Assembly (NCBI GenBank): GCA_027459725.1
Contig: DAIDHK010000001.1
Span: 195,411-259,410, forward strand
Direction: 5' to 3'
Length of the DNA stretch: 64,000 bases
From: Candidatus Levyibacteriota bacterium
GTDB lineage: Bacteria > Patescibacteriota > Microgenomatia > Levybacterales > UBA12049
In this document: positions 55,817 to 64,000 of the stretch, piece after piece
How positions within the stretch are numbered: position 1 is the stretch's first letter
Layout: each line of letters begins with the position of its first letter
Program-made: the position numbers and the translations under genes
The notes under the pieces: generated by a model
Databases searched by the model: none
Seen by the model: the letters and a program-made list of their open reading frames with translations, nothing else
What the model was told of the DNA's origin: nothing

Positions 55817-55867
55817 ATATTTATCTTAACATGTATGTAAGTATACAACAAACAATACTTAAATTTA

Positions 55868-57052
55868 TTAACATGCGTATTCTGTAGAACCTTTACAGGA
55901 AGGACAATGTATTTTCCCACCCTTTATAATTGCATCTACGTCTTTTGCCTTACAAAGAGGACATTCATTACATTTTAATGTTCTTTCACCACTTAAGGAG
56001 GATGCCATTCCGCCTGGAACATAACCAAAAGCCATTTTTGCCTGCTCATCGCCAAAACCAACTCCTGCGCCACAACTTCCTCCAGCCGATGCCACATTAG
56101 TTAAAAAACCTGAGCCAATTTTATTTTTAGACAATGTTTTGCTTAATGACTGTTGGATATTTTGGGCATATTGCTTAAAGTAATTAGTAATAAATGCTTG
56201 AGACATTTGAGGATCGTTTAATAACAACATCTGAAAAATTCGTTCCAACATCCACTCATTATCTTGCAAAATCTTCTCGAATTCTTTAACTTTTGTCTCA
56301 TCCCCCATGTCGGCACCTGATTTGTTCTCCAATTGTTTTATTTTTGCTTCAATATCACGAGGAGATAAACCATAATTAACTTTTATTAGCGTAGATAAAA
56401 GTTCTAACGAAGAAGGAGTGTCTGTAAATATTTTCTTACCTACTAAATCTTCCAGTAATTCTTTTTGCACGTTATTCTCTAAATTATTTTTAACATCCCT
56501 ACCTTTTAAAACTTTAACGACTTTTGATTTACCACCCTCATTCAAAACTAATTCATCCACCTCATAAACATGCGTCATCGTATAGCCCCCATATATTTCT
56601 CCATTTAATCCTTCATTTTCCGGAGGAGGACTTGTCCAAATAAAAACATCCCCTTTGCGGGATTGGGATAAAGGTTCAGAGAATTTTTTAGTCACTTCAT
56701 GTTCCACAAGCCTTCTTTTTTTTTCATATTCTGGCACATCTTGTTCTAATGCTTTTTGAGATGCGTCATCAGCATAGCCAAATGACGGATGATATAAACG
56801 CGTATTTCCATTATCATTTACAATATGCCATAGATAATGAGTTGTCTGTATGCCGCCTATATATTCTTTCGCCCAATATTGTGCGTTTTGCATGAATCCA
56901 TCTCTGGCTAACTTTATTTGTCTTTCATCTTTGGAACCCATCGCTTCTAACGCGCGATCTCTTTCATGTGATAAGTTAAAAGACAAATGATTAGTGCTTT
57001 TAATTTCAGAGGTAGATGGTAGGGGTCGTTTTGCTTCAATTGTTTGTAGCAT
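55868..57052 (-). CDS. Hypothetical protein with C-terminal zinc ribbon
   Basis: W.SPPP, GGSCG, CNECPLC...IHCPSC...YAC; starts 3 nt after the pduO stop. Confidence 0.7.
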   Translation of the reverse strand: MLQTIEAKRPLPSTSEIKSTNHLSFNLSHERDRALEAMGSKDERQIKLARDGFMQNAQYWAKEYIGGIQTTHYLWHIVNDNGNTRLYHPSFGYADDASQKALEQDVPEYEKKRRLVEHEVTKKFSEPLSQSRKGDVFIWTSPPPENEGLNGEIYGGYTMTHVYEVDELVLNEGGKSKVVKVLKGRDVKNNLENNVQKELLEDLVGKKIFTDTPSSLELLSTLIKVNYGLSPRDIEAKIKQLENKSGADMGDETKVKEFEKILQDNEWMLERIFQMLLLNDPQMSQAFITNYFKQYAQNIQQSLSKTLSKNKIGSGFLTNVASAGGSCGAGVGFGDEQAKMAFGYVPGGMASSLSGERTLKCNECPLCKAKDVDAIIKGGKIHCPSCKGSTEYAC

Positions 57053-57055
57053 ATA

Positions 57056-57613
57056 TTATAATCTCCAAATCTTTTCTCTTTGTTTTTCAATATGATTTAC
57101 AAATCTTGCAGCAGTAAATAAAAAATCTGATAGGCGATTGAAATAACTGATAATTAAATCCTCTATCTCCTCAGTCTGTTTAAGTTCTACAATTCTTCTT
57201 TCTGCTCTACGGCAGATTGTGCGAGCTAAGTGTAGTTGTGCACCTGCTAAACCACCTCCTGGTAAAATAAAATTTTTTAATTCAGGTAATTGCTCTGTTA
57301 TATCATCAATTACTTTTTCAAATTGTTTAATTCGCTTTTCTAACTGTGGTAAGGAAGGATTCTGCGGATTAGCCAAGGTCGACCCAATGGTAAATAAATC
57401 ATTTTGCACTTGCTCCAACTTACCAATTATTTCCATCATATTGTTATTGGATTTGGTTTTACTACCCACACTAATTGCTATACCTATTACAGAATTTAAC
57501 TCGTCTACTGTGCCATATGTCTCAACTCGTAAATCAAACTTATTTACTCTCTTGCCTCCAAACAATGATGTTTTGCCTTTATCACCAGTCTTAGTATAAA
57601 TTTTATTTTTCAT
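57056..57613 (-). CDS. pduO: PduO-type ATP:cob(I)alamin adenosyltransferase
   Basis: KIYTKTGDKG.T, YGTVDELNS, FILPGG, ARTICRRAER, NRLSD.LF..AR. Confidence 0.95.
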   Translation of the reverse strand: MKNKIYTKTGDKGKTSLFGGKRVNKFDLRVETYGTVDELNSVIGIAISVGSKTKSNNNMMEIIGKLEQVQNDLFTIGSTLANPQNPSLPQLEKRIKQFEKVIDDITEQLPELKNFILPGGGLAGAQLHLARTICRRAERRIVELKQTEEIEDLIISYFNRLSDFLFTAARFVNHIEKQREKIWRL

Positions 57614-58178
57614 GACTATTTTCCTCTGGGTTAATACTTAGATATATGCGTTGTTTAAACCAGGGTTTAATTACTAATTCATAACTGCTAAAAAATAATC
57701 CTATGTATAGTAGATATCCCATAATTGTATTGCGGAAAAAAGGTAAGGCTAAAATATAACAATTAAATAGCCCACTTAGTGTATGCGGATAAAAACTGGT
57801 GGTTAACCAGACACCAAAATTAGTAATAATGAAAAATTGTAAAGACGATAATAAAGTTATACCGACAATATTAGCCTTTGTTTTATATCTTCTAATCCAT
57901 AGCCCTAATAAACCCGTAATCAAAAAACTCCCATAAACAAATGGCATTTGCCAATAAAAACCCAAAAAAATATCAGAAATAAATAAACCAATTAATGGAA
58001 GTGATAATGCATACTTTTTATTTAGATAGACTCCTGAGAACAACATTATTGCGGTAAGAGGAGACATGTTTGGAGGATGCGGTAGAAGCCTGGCTATTAC
58101 TACTAATATAATTAGTATAAATGAATTAACTATTTTATTTTTATCTATTAATTTCTTTGCTCGAAGTAATTTCTCCAT
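57603..58178 (-). CDS. DUF6580-like membrane protein; putative cobalamin transporter
   Basis: RLLPHPPN.SP..A..LFSG, SD.FLGFY, FF.ITNFGVW, CY..ALPFFRN; about 6 TM. True start is ATG 58178; the ORF-track extension to 58295 is the riboswitch. Confidence 0.75.
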   Translation of the reverse strand: MEKLLRAKKLIDKNKIVNSFILIILVVIARLLPHPPNMSPLTAIMLFSGVYLNKKYALSLPLIGLFISDIFLGFYWQMPFVYGSFLITGLLGLWIRRYKTKANIVGITLLSSLQFFIITNFGVWLTTSFYPHTLSGLFNCYILALPFFRNTIMGYLLYIGLFFSSYELVIKPWFKQRIYLSINPEENSHEK

Positions 58179-58205
58179 AAAAAACCCTCCTAAGCGAGGG
58201 TTTTT
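58179..58205 (-). terminator. Riboswitch expression platform: terminator-like hairpin that also sequesters the SD
   Basis: AAAAACCCTC-GCTTAG-GAGGGTTTTTT immediately followed by ATG; GGAGG lies in the loop and 3' arm. Confidence 0.72.
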
Positions 58206-58223
58206 GTCGATGCATAAACAAAT

Positions 58224-58310
58224 TCCTGCTCGGGATAATATAAAACTATCTAGTTTTCTGTCTGTAACAGTAGCGGCACTGATGAGGATTTTCACCTCTA
58301 TTACCTAGAT
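58224..58310 (-). ncRNA. Compact cobalamin riboswitch (class II-like)
   Basis: ATCTAG/CTAGAT closing helix; GAGG-TGAAAAT-CCTC T-loop hairpin; CAG-TGCCGCTA-CTG hairpin containing the GCnACTG signature; AGACAGAAAAC B12-box-like segment; downstream TCC-CGAGCA-GGA hairpin whose loop is complementary to TGCCG. Lies upstream of the transporter and pduO. Confidence 0.82.
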
Positions 58311-58327
58311 GTTTTTTAATTTTAATG

Positions 58328-60778
58328 CTAACACTCACTATAGCCACAGCTATAGCATTTTTTGCAACCTTCTTCGTAAGCAAAACTGTATGTTTGGCAT
58401 TCCGGACACATATCAAACAAATTAGTCGTACTATGTTCCATTTTTACTGGTGTATCCGAAGTTAAACTAAGTTGCTGCGCAGAAGCTGCAACCGGCATAT
58501 CCACAGGCTGAGTAACTGAAGAACTAGCATGTCCATTAGTCAGACCGGTCGCTGCCAAGATTGGCTCAGCTTTCACAGCAGCAATCACTTCTTTATCTTC
58601 TACTTTACCATTAACTCTAAATTCAAAATGTCGAGCCAGAATTTTTGCCACTGCATCCGGCAACGAACGTACACGATTAGGACCAAAACCTACGGTACGC
58701 GCCCCTCCAATGCCAGTTAATTCAGATACTATCTCACGCACACGTTCACGCTGGGGAACTGGACTATGAATACGCAAGTTAAAAGAAATCATACGACCTA
58801 ATGCATCAGCCATGGCTGACACATCTGATCCAGATTTACCGTTGCTTATAAATACCTCAAATGGCTCATTCTTTTCATCGTGATTAATCGTTATATATGT
58901 ATTACCAACAGGACTCTGCGTTTTGTATGTCGTACCCATCAGCATCATAGGACGAGGAACTCTTGGTGTAGCAGGAATAGCTGGTTTAACTTCTTCTTTC
59001 TTCTCTTCTTTTTTATCTTCAATCCTCTCCAACACTCCCTGTCTGGATCCATCACGCATATAAGTAATACCTTTTAAACCCATATCATACGCCAGCATAT
59101 AAAGCGTTTTAACATCGTCTACGGTATGTGTCTTAGGAGCATTAACAGTCTTAGATATACTCGAATCAATATACTCCTGAGCTACTGCCTGTACTTTAGC
59201 ATGTTCTAATGGAGTCAAATCATTGGCACTGCAGAAATAATCAGGTTTGGCAGCAACGGGGTGATTTTTAATCCAGGCATCATAAAGAGGATGATACATA
59301 ACTTCCTCTCCACCTCTCCATTTGCGTAAAAAGGAAAATTCATAGACGGGCTCAATACCGGAGGACACACCTGCCACTAAACTGGTAGTACCAGTGGGAG
59401 CCACTGTTAATAAAACACCATTACGAATTCCTTGCTCACGAATCTTATCACGTAACTTCTTGGGTAAAGCCTTAATAAAATAACCCTGCAAATATTTCTC
59501 TTTATCAAATTTAGGGAAACTCCCCTTCTCAGCTGCAATATCACTTGATGCCTCATATGCACTATCTCGCAACGTCTGGAATATTTTCTCAACTACTGAA
59601 ATTGATTCTTCTGAGCCATAACGGACATGCATTTTAATTAATGCATCTCCCAAACCCATGATCCCCAACCCAGTTCTGCGTATATCCTTAGCTACTTTTT
59701 CATTCTCTGAGAAAAAATAATGAGTCTGCTCAATTACGTTATCCATAAAACGCATTGCTACCTTAACATCCTGGGCAAACTCTTTATAGTCAAACCAGCC
59801 AGCTTTTTCATTGGCTAAATCTGCATCTTTAACATAAGCTGATAAATTCATGGCTCCTAAATTACACACCGCCCAACCACTCAATGGCTGTTCTCCACAT
59901 GGATTAGTAGCTACTAATCTTTCAAAATACCAGGTATTCGAACGTTTATTTGATCTCTCTAAAAAATGCAAACCTGGCTCGGCAGATCTCCAAGCTGCTG
60001 TACAAATCAAATCCCATAAGTCACGCGCCTTGACTGTCTTATAAACTTTTAATTCTTTCCCTAAGGACTTCCACTGATCTAATTCTCCATTCCATTTGTC
60101 ATCGTAATCTGAATCGCTAGTATCAGGATAAACCAAATTCCAGTCTCTATCAGCTTTAACCGCTTCCATAAAAGCATCAGATACACAAACGGAAAGGTTA
60201 GCACCACTAATTTTGGTTAGATCTTCTTTAACTGTAATGAATTCCTCAATGTCCGGATGCCAGTCATTCAACATTAACATTGTTGCACCTCTTCGTGACC
60301 CTCCTTGTTGTACAATATCATGAGTAGCAACTGAGAATAGAGTAGCCCAATTGACTGGACCGGAAGAAGTACCATTTACCTTCTTAACCCTGGCACCCTT
60401 GGGACGAAGGGAAGAAAGATTAAGTCCCACCCCTCCTGAGCGAGCTTGAATTTCAACCAATTGCCCCAGAGATTCTAAAATCCCATGACGGGAATCTTTC
60501 GGAGAGGGAATAACAAAACAATTGAAGTAAGTAACTTGGAAACCAGTACCTGCACCTGATAAAATACGCCCACCGGGAACGAACTTGAAGTCTGACATAA
60601 CATTATAAAATTCTTCTTCCCAGTGCTCACGATCTTTAGCCTTTTCACTTTGGGAAATTCCTCTAGCCACTCTCCTCCATGTTTCTTCTGGGGTATGTTC
60701 TATTAAATTACCCTCCTTATCCTTCAGAGCGTAACGGTCTAAAAATACTTTTCCTCTAATTCCATCAAGTTTCACCAT
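58328..60778 (-). CDS. nrdJ: Adenosylcobalamin-dependent (class II) ribonucleotide reductase with C-terminal TSCPD and Zn ribbon
   Basis: PGGRIL, FNCFV, QGGSRRGA, TNPCGEQPL, CNLG, APTGTTS, KG.TY.RDGSR, terminal CPEC...EEGCKKCYSCGYSEC. Confidence 0.95.
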   Translation of the reverse strand: MVKLDGIRGKVFLDRYALKDKEGNLIEHTPEETWRRVARGISQSEKAKDREHWEEEFYNVMSDFKFVPGGRILSGAGTGFQVTYFNCFVIPSPKDSRHGILESLGQLVEIQARSGGVGLNLSSLRPKGARVKKVNGTSSGPVNWATLFSVATHDIVQQGGSRRGATMLMLNDWHPDIEEFITVKEDLTKISGANLSVCVSDAFMEAVKADRDWNLVYPDTSDSDYDDKWNGELDQWKSLGKELKVYKTVKARDLWDLICTAAWRSAEPGLHFLERSNKRSNTWYFERLVATNPCGEQPLSGWAVCNLGAMNLSAYVKDADLANEKAGWFDYKEFAQDVKVAMRFMDNVIEQTHYFFSENEKVAKDIRRTGLGIMGLGDALIKMHVRYGSEESISVVEKIFQTLRDSAYEASSDIAAEKGSFPKFDKEKYLQGYFIKALPKKLRDKIREQGIRNGVLLTVAPTGTTSLVAGVSSGIEPVYEFSFLRKWRGGEEVMYHPLYDAWIKNHPVAAKPDYFCSANDLTPLEHAKVQAVAQEYIDSSISKTVNAPKTHTVDDVKTLYMLAYDMGLKGITYMRDGSRQGVLERIEDKKEEKKEEVKPAIPATPRVPRPMMLMGTTYKTQSPVGNTYITINHDEKNEPFEVFISNGKSGSDVSAMADALGRMISFNLRIHSPVPQRERVREIVSELTGIGGARTVGFGPNRVRSLPDAVAKILARHFEFRVNGKVEDKEVIAAVKAEPILAATGLTNGHASSSVTQPVDMPVAASAQQLSLTSDTPVKMEHSTTNLFDMCPECQTYSFAYEEGCKKCYSCGYSEC

Positions 60779-60779
60779 A

Positions 60780-61256
60780 TTATTTATCTTTTTTATTTAA
60801 TCTGTTTCTTTTATTAAATACTTGTAGTTCTTTTTCAAAATCTTCCGCATCTACAAAACGTTTAAATACACTAGCAAATCGAATATAAGCCACCTTATCC
60901 AGCGCTTTAAGACGTTTCGCAACTAATTTGCCAATCAATCTGCTATCTATCTCAACAGTGTCTCCATTCCTTAATTCTCTTGTTACCTCTGCTACTAATT
61001 TATTTATCTCTTCAACACCAATTGTCGTTTTTCCACAAGCCTTAATGATTCCTGAGCGTAGTTTTTCAATATTATATGGCTCTTTCTTCCCATCTCTCTT
61101 GATTACAGTTAAATGAACATTCTCAACTCTTTCGTAACTGGTATATCTTTTTTCACATTGTAGACAAAGTCTTCTGCGTCTAATAGTATCGTTGTCTTCA
61201 TTATCCCTGGTTTCAATCACCTCAGATTTAGTATGTCCGCAATATGGGCAATGCAT
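60780..61256 (-). CDS. nrdR: Transcriptional repressor NrdR
   Basis: MHCPYC, IRRRRLC..C.KRYTSYE, ATP cone VIKRDG, DKVAYIRFASV; start at ATG 61256. Confidence 0.97.
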   Translation of the reverse strand: MHCPYCGHTKSEVIETRDNEDNDTIRRRRLCLQCEKRYTSYERVENVHLTVIKRDGKKEPYNIEKLRSGIIKACGKTTIGVEEINKLVAEVTRELRNGDTVEIDSRLIGKLVAKRLKALDKVAYIRFASVFKRFVDAEDFEKELQVFNKRNRLNKKDK

Positions 61257-61342
61257 AAAGAATTTAGAACTCAAAATTGCCTACCTTTATTCTGAACTCT
61301 GAATGCTAGTTTTCCGAATTCATCTATTTAGTGTACACAAAT

Positions 61343-61391
61343 AGGATATTGCACTACGGGTAAACAGTCAATATATCATAATATATCGTTT
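61343..61391 (-). promoter_or_regulatory. nrdR-nrdJ promoter with a possible NrdR box
   Basis: TTGACT(61366-61371)-17-TATCCT(61343-61348); TCATAATATATCGTTT at 61376-61391 matches 12/16 of acaCwAtATaTwGtgt. Confidence 0.45.
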
Positions 61392-61465
61392 TTCAGCTTA
61401 GCTTCAACTTCTTATTTAAAATATATGTAAGAAAATTATTATGGGTAGTAAATCTTAGCTAAAAA

Positions 61466-62032
61466 CTATTTAGTTAATGAACTAGCCTGTCGAATAAGTT
61501 GCACAACATTCTGTTCTAGAATTTTCAATTCCTGTTGCTGTGAAGATGGAACTAAATTATCTAAGCTATGCAGGACTTCTTCGTGTTTTCTAGTTGCCAA
61601 GTTAAGATTCCTTATTACCTCGCTAGTATCCTCATGCTGAGACCTAGCGACTTGGACTTTTGACAATGCATCGCTCATATAATTCTCCCCTTTAGAAATT
61701 GTTGACAGTGCAAGTACCGCATTGTTTTTGTTTTCCTGTAATAAAAACACACCCATCTGCAATCTTTTATTGGCCATTAAGAGATCAAATTGAGTTTTTT
61801 TTAAAGGATCAGAGATCATCCAACTGTAAATATTGTCGCGTAGAGTTTTTAAAAAATATAATGGATTGTCAGGTAGAATACCCGGGTATGGCAAAGTATA
61901 ATTAACAGGAGTTGGAGATGGAGTCATAACAGCTGGAAGAGATACAACCACTGAGGGAGTTTGTGCAAAAACATTTTGATTCGAAACAAAAACTAATACA
62001 AACAAGGAGATAACTAAGCCAAGATATTTCAT
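61466..62032 (-). CDS. Secreted DUF5667-like protein
   Basis: Signal peptide (VFAQ), YTLPYPGILPDNPLYFLK.LRD, ANKRL, KGENY, KHEEVL. Confidence 0.75.
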   Translation of the reverse strand: MKYLGLVISLFVLVFVSNQNVFAQTPSVVVSLPAVMTPSPTPVNYTLPYPGILPDNPLYFLKTLRDNIYSWMISDPLKKTQFDLLMANKRLQMGVFLLQENKNNAVLALSTISKGENYMSDALSKVQVARSQHEDTSEVIRNLNLATRKHEEVLHSLDNLVPSSQQQELKILEQNVVQLIRQASSLTK

Positions 62033-62106
62033 ATATTATGAGCAAAGTATACTCTACGCGAGATGATATTTCAATGATAATTAATCTATGAGAATGATAT
62101 AAGACT

Positions 62107-62688
62107 CTAAGAGTGAAATCCGATATGCTGAAGAACGTATTCCAGACTATCCTGTTTATTAAGAAAATATGTATTTACTATCAAATCATAGTATTTTTTA
62201 TCCCAATAAACCCAATCAGGATCATGAGGTACGTACATTCTGCGCCATTTTTCTAAATTACCTGCTTCCCGTTCTTTAATCTCCCTTTTTGCATCATGTA
62301 CCGATATTCCCTTGCGGTTTACTAACCTATCAACTCTAATTTCTGTTTGGTCTTTACCTTCCTTATCATTACAAAGAGTCAATATTTTATAAACATTCTC
62401 TATGCCCTGAGCTTTAAATCCTGCTAGATGTGATTGTACAACATAGTGCTGATCATATCTCAAAATATGTTGCATATGTTCGTCAAACTCCCTATCTAAT
62501 TCGTCAGGACGCAGGTTAACATTTACTTCATTTTTGCCTATCTGTTTAAAAAAATCGTCATTGTATTGACTGCCATCCAAAAATTTCCATTGTAAAACTT
62601 CTGCTAATTGTTTGGCCAACGTAGTTGCCCCGGTAGCAATTCGGCCTGTTACTGTAATATTACGAATATCGGGAAATTCAATCGGCAT
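62107..62688 (-). CDS. Cytidylate-kinase-like protein (archaeal/type 2 Cmk fold)
   Basis: ITVTGRIATGATTLAK.LA, LDREFD, VVQSHLAG, R..R...R, YDL.VNT. Confidence 0.7.
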   Translation of the reverse strand: MPIEFPDIRNITVTGRIATGATTLAKQLAEVLQWKFLDGSQYNDDFFKQIGKNEVNVNLRPDELDREFDEHMQHILRYDQHYVVQSHLAGFKAQGIENVYKILTLCNDKEGKDQTEIRVDRLVNRKGISVHDAKREIKEREAGNLEKWRRMYVPHDPDWVYWDKKYYDLIVNTYFLNKQDSLEYVLQHIGFHS

Positions 62689-62753
62689 ATTTATGATTTA
62701 AACAAAAAAAAAGAATAAACAAATAAAATATTTAACTTATATATCTTGTTTGT

Positions 62754-63806
62754 TTATTCACTAGGTTTTAGTTGACTACCCACTAGCAAGCATAATTCAA
62801 CTAAGCGGTTGGCATACCCATACTCATTATCATACCAGGCTATTACCTTAAGCATATTGCCACCGACAACCTGCGTCAAGGATAAATCCGCAATTGAAGA
62901 ATGCGAGTTTCCAATGATGTCTGAAGAGACTACCGGATCATGAGTAGTCATCAAAACACCTTGATAATTCGGCTGTGCAGCTGCTTGTTCTAAAGTATTA
63001 TTAACCTCCTCAACTGTAACCTCTCTATTAAGTAAAAATGTAAAATCAGATAAAGATCCTACAGGTACTGGAACTCTGATTGATAAACCTGCAAACTTAT
63101 TCTGTAAGGCTGGTAAAGCTTTCCCTGCAGCAATAGTAGCACCTGTACTTGTAGGAATAATATTCTCCGTTGCGGCTCTAGCTCTGCGATAATCTTTATG
63201 TCCACCATCCTGTAAGCGCTGATCTGAGGTATAACCGTGAATTGTTGTCATCATGGCTTTTTGAATACCAAATGCTTCCTCAATTATTCTCGCCACAGGT
63301 GTAATACAATTAGTTGTACAAGAAGCATTGTTTACTAACTTCTCACCATGATATTTATCATCATTTACGGAAATAACGTAAGTAGGAGTATCATCCTTAG
63401 CAGGAGCAGAAAGAACTACCGACTTAGCTCCTGCAGTAATATGTGCTTGCATTTTTTCACTAGTTGTAAAATGCCCTGTCGATTCTATGACTAAATCAAC
63501 ATTTAAGTCCTTCCAGGGAAGAAGAGTTGGATCTTTTTGAGAATAAACTGCTATCGGTTTATTATTGATGATTAATTGTCCTAGAAAATCTTTTTTATTT
63601 TCGTCAGTATTAGGAGTTATACTCATCTCTGCTTCAAGAGGACCATAAACAGTGTCATACTTAAGTAGATACATCCAACCCTTCAAATCTGTTGAAGAAC
63701 CGGCATTGATAGCCACTACTTCAATTTCTTCATTATGCCACTGTAGAATGATGCGATGTGCCATTCTACCAATTCGTCCATAACCATTTATTGCAACTTG
63801 CAACAT
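62754..63806 (-). CDS. gap: Type I glyceraldehyde-3-phosphate dehydrogenase
   Basis: INGYGRIGR, ESTG.F, NASCTTNC, RRARAA..NIIPTSTGA, WYDNE.GY. Confidence 0.98.
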   Translation of the reverse strand: MLQVAINGYGRIGRMAHRIILQWHNEEIEVVAINAGSSTDLKGWMYLLKYDTVYGPLEAEMSITPNTDENKKDFLGQLIINNKPIAVYSQKDPTLLPWKDLNVDLVIESTGHFTTSEKMQAHITAGAKSVVLSAPAKDDTPTYVISVNDDKYHGEKLVNNASCTTNCITPVARIIEEAFGIQKAMMTTIHGYTSDQRLQDGGHKDYRRARAATENIIPTSTGATIAAGKALPALQNKFAGLSIRVPVPVGSLSDFTFLLNREVTVEEVNNTLEQAAAQPNYQGVLMTTHDPVVSSDIIGNSHSSIADLSLTQVVGGNMLKVIAWYDNEYGYANRLVELCLLVGSQLKPSE

Positions 63807-63886
63807 ATATTATATTCAGTATATACATCATTTACCAATTAGACAAGAGGAAAAATATTTCTCACTCTAAGTAGGTACAAGATCTA

Positions 63887-64000
63887 CTATCCATATAACT
63901 GGAGAGAACTCAACATGTGTTGGAAAATATATATTGTTTCTGAAGAATTAGCGGTAGCACCGATACCAAAGTAGTAATTGCCATATCTTATAATGGCTGC
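63887..64000 (-). CDS. C-terminal end of a gene starting beyond the window
   Basis: Open frame AAIIRYGNYYFGIGATANSSETIYIFQHMLSSLQLYG* running from the window edge. Confidence 0.55.
   Translation of the reverse strand, partial: AAIIRYGNYYFGIGATANSSETIYIFQHMLSSLQLYG

Noticed and set aside
52681-57052. Integrative conjugative element at the tRNA, suggested by the VirD4-like ATPase
   Set aside because: No integrase, relaxase, VirB genes or duplicated tRNA 3' end seen; the ATPase lies on the tRNA 5' side.
58179-58295. N-terminal 39 residues of ORF 57603-58295
   Set aside because: This stretch is the riboswitch and expression platform; the SD and ATG at 58178 mark the real start.

Overview
AT-rich bacterial chromosome segment in the standard genetic code (genes end in TAA, TAG or TGA). 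Gene content points to a Patescibacteria/CPR genome, probably Microgenomates (inference from DUF5667 proteins, a VirD4/HerA-like ATPase, short ClpB, PilN/PilO and extended L3/L4). Left to right: S10/spc ribosomal protein genes (rpsJ to partial rpsH); tuf and fusA separated by accessory inserts (pip, a large Cys-rich DUF5667 protein, GH18, a four-gene phospholipid module, pseudogenes); a pilN/pilO + GT-C/DUF2298 glycosylation cluster; LCP, tpiA, pcrA, femX-like, rnhA, clpB with CIRCE; a lexA/mazG/udg repair cluster; a stress island (orphan histidine kinase, sodA, KGG and GlsB-like proteins); tRNA-Ile(UAU); and nrdR-nrdJ followed by a compact cobalamin riboswitch, a membrane protein and pduO. 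Best leads: (1) a putative host-lipid salvage module (PHP, DAG kinase, CarS-like, PIP-synthase-like); (2) a riboswitch-controlled B12 salvage module for NrdJ; (3) a three-promoter regulon with the fixed architecture CTTAC-N6-CTTAC-N32-(-10) around the orphan kinase; (4) an atypical UAU-anticodon tRNA; (5) widespread leaderless promoters. All family assignments come from manual motif recognition, with no database searches. No rRNA, CRISPR array or intact mobile element was seen.
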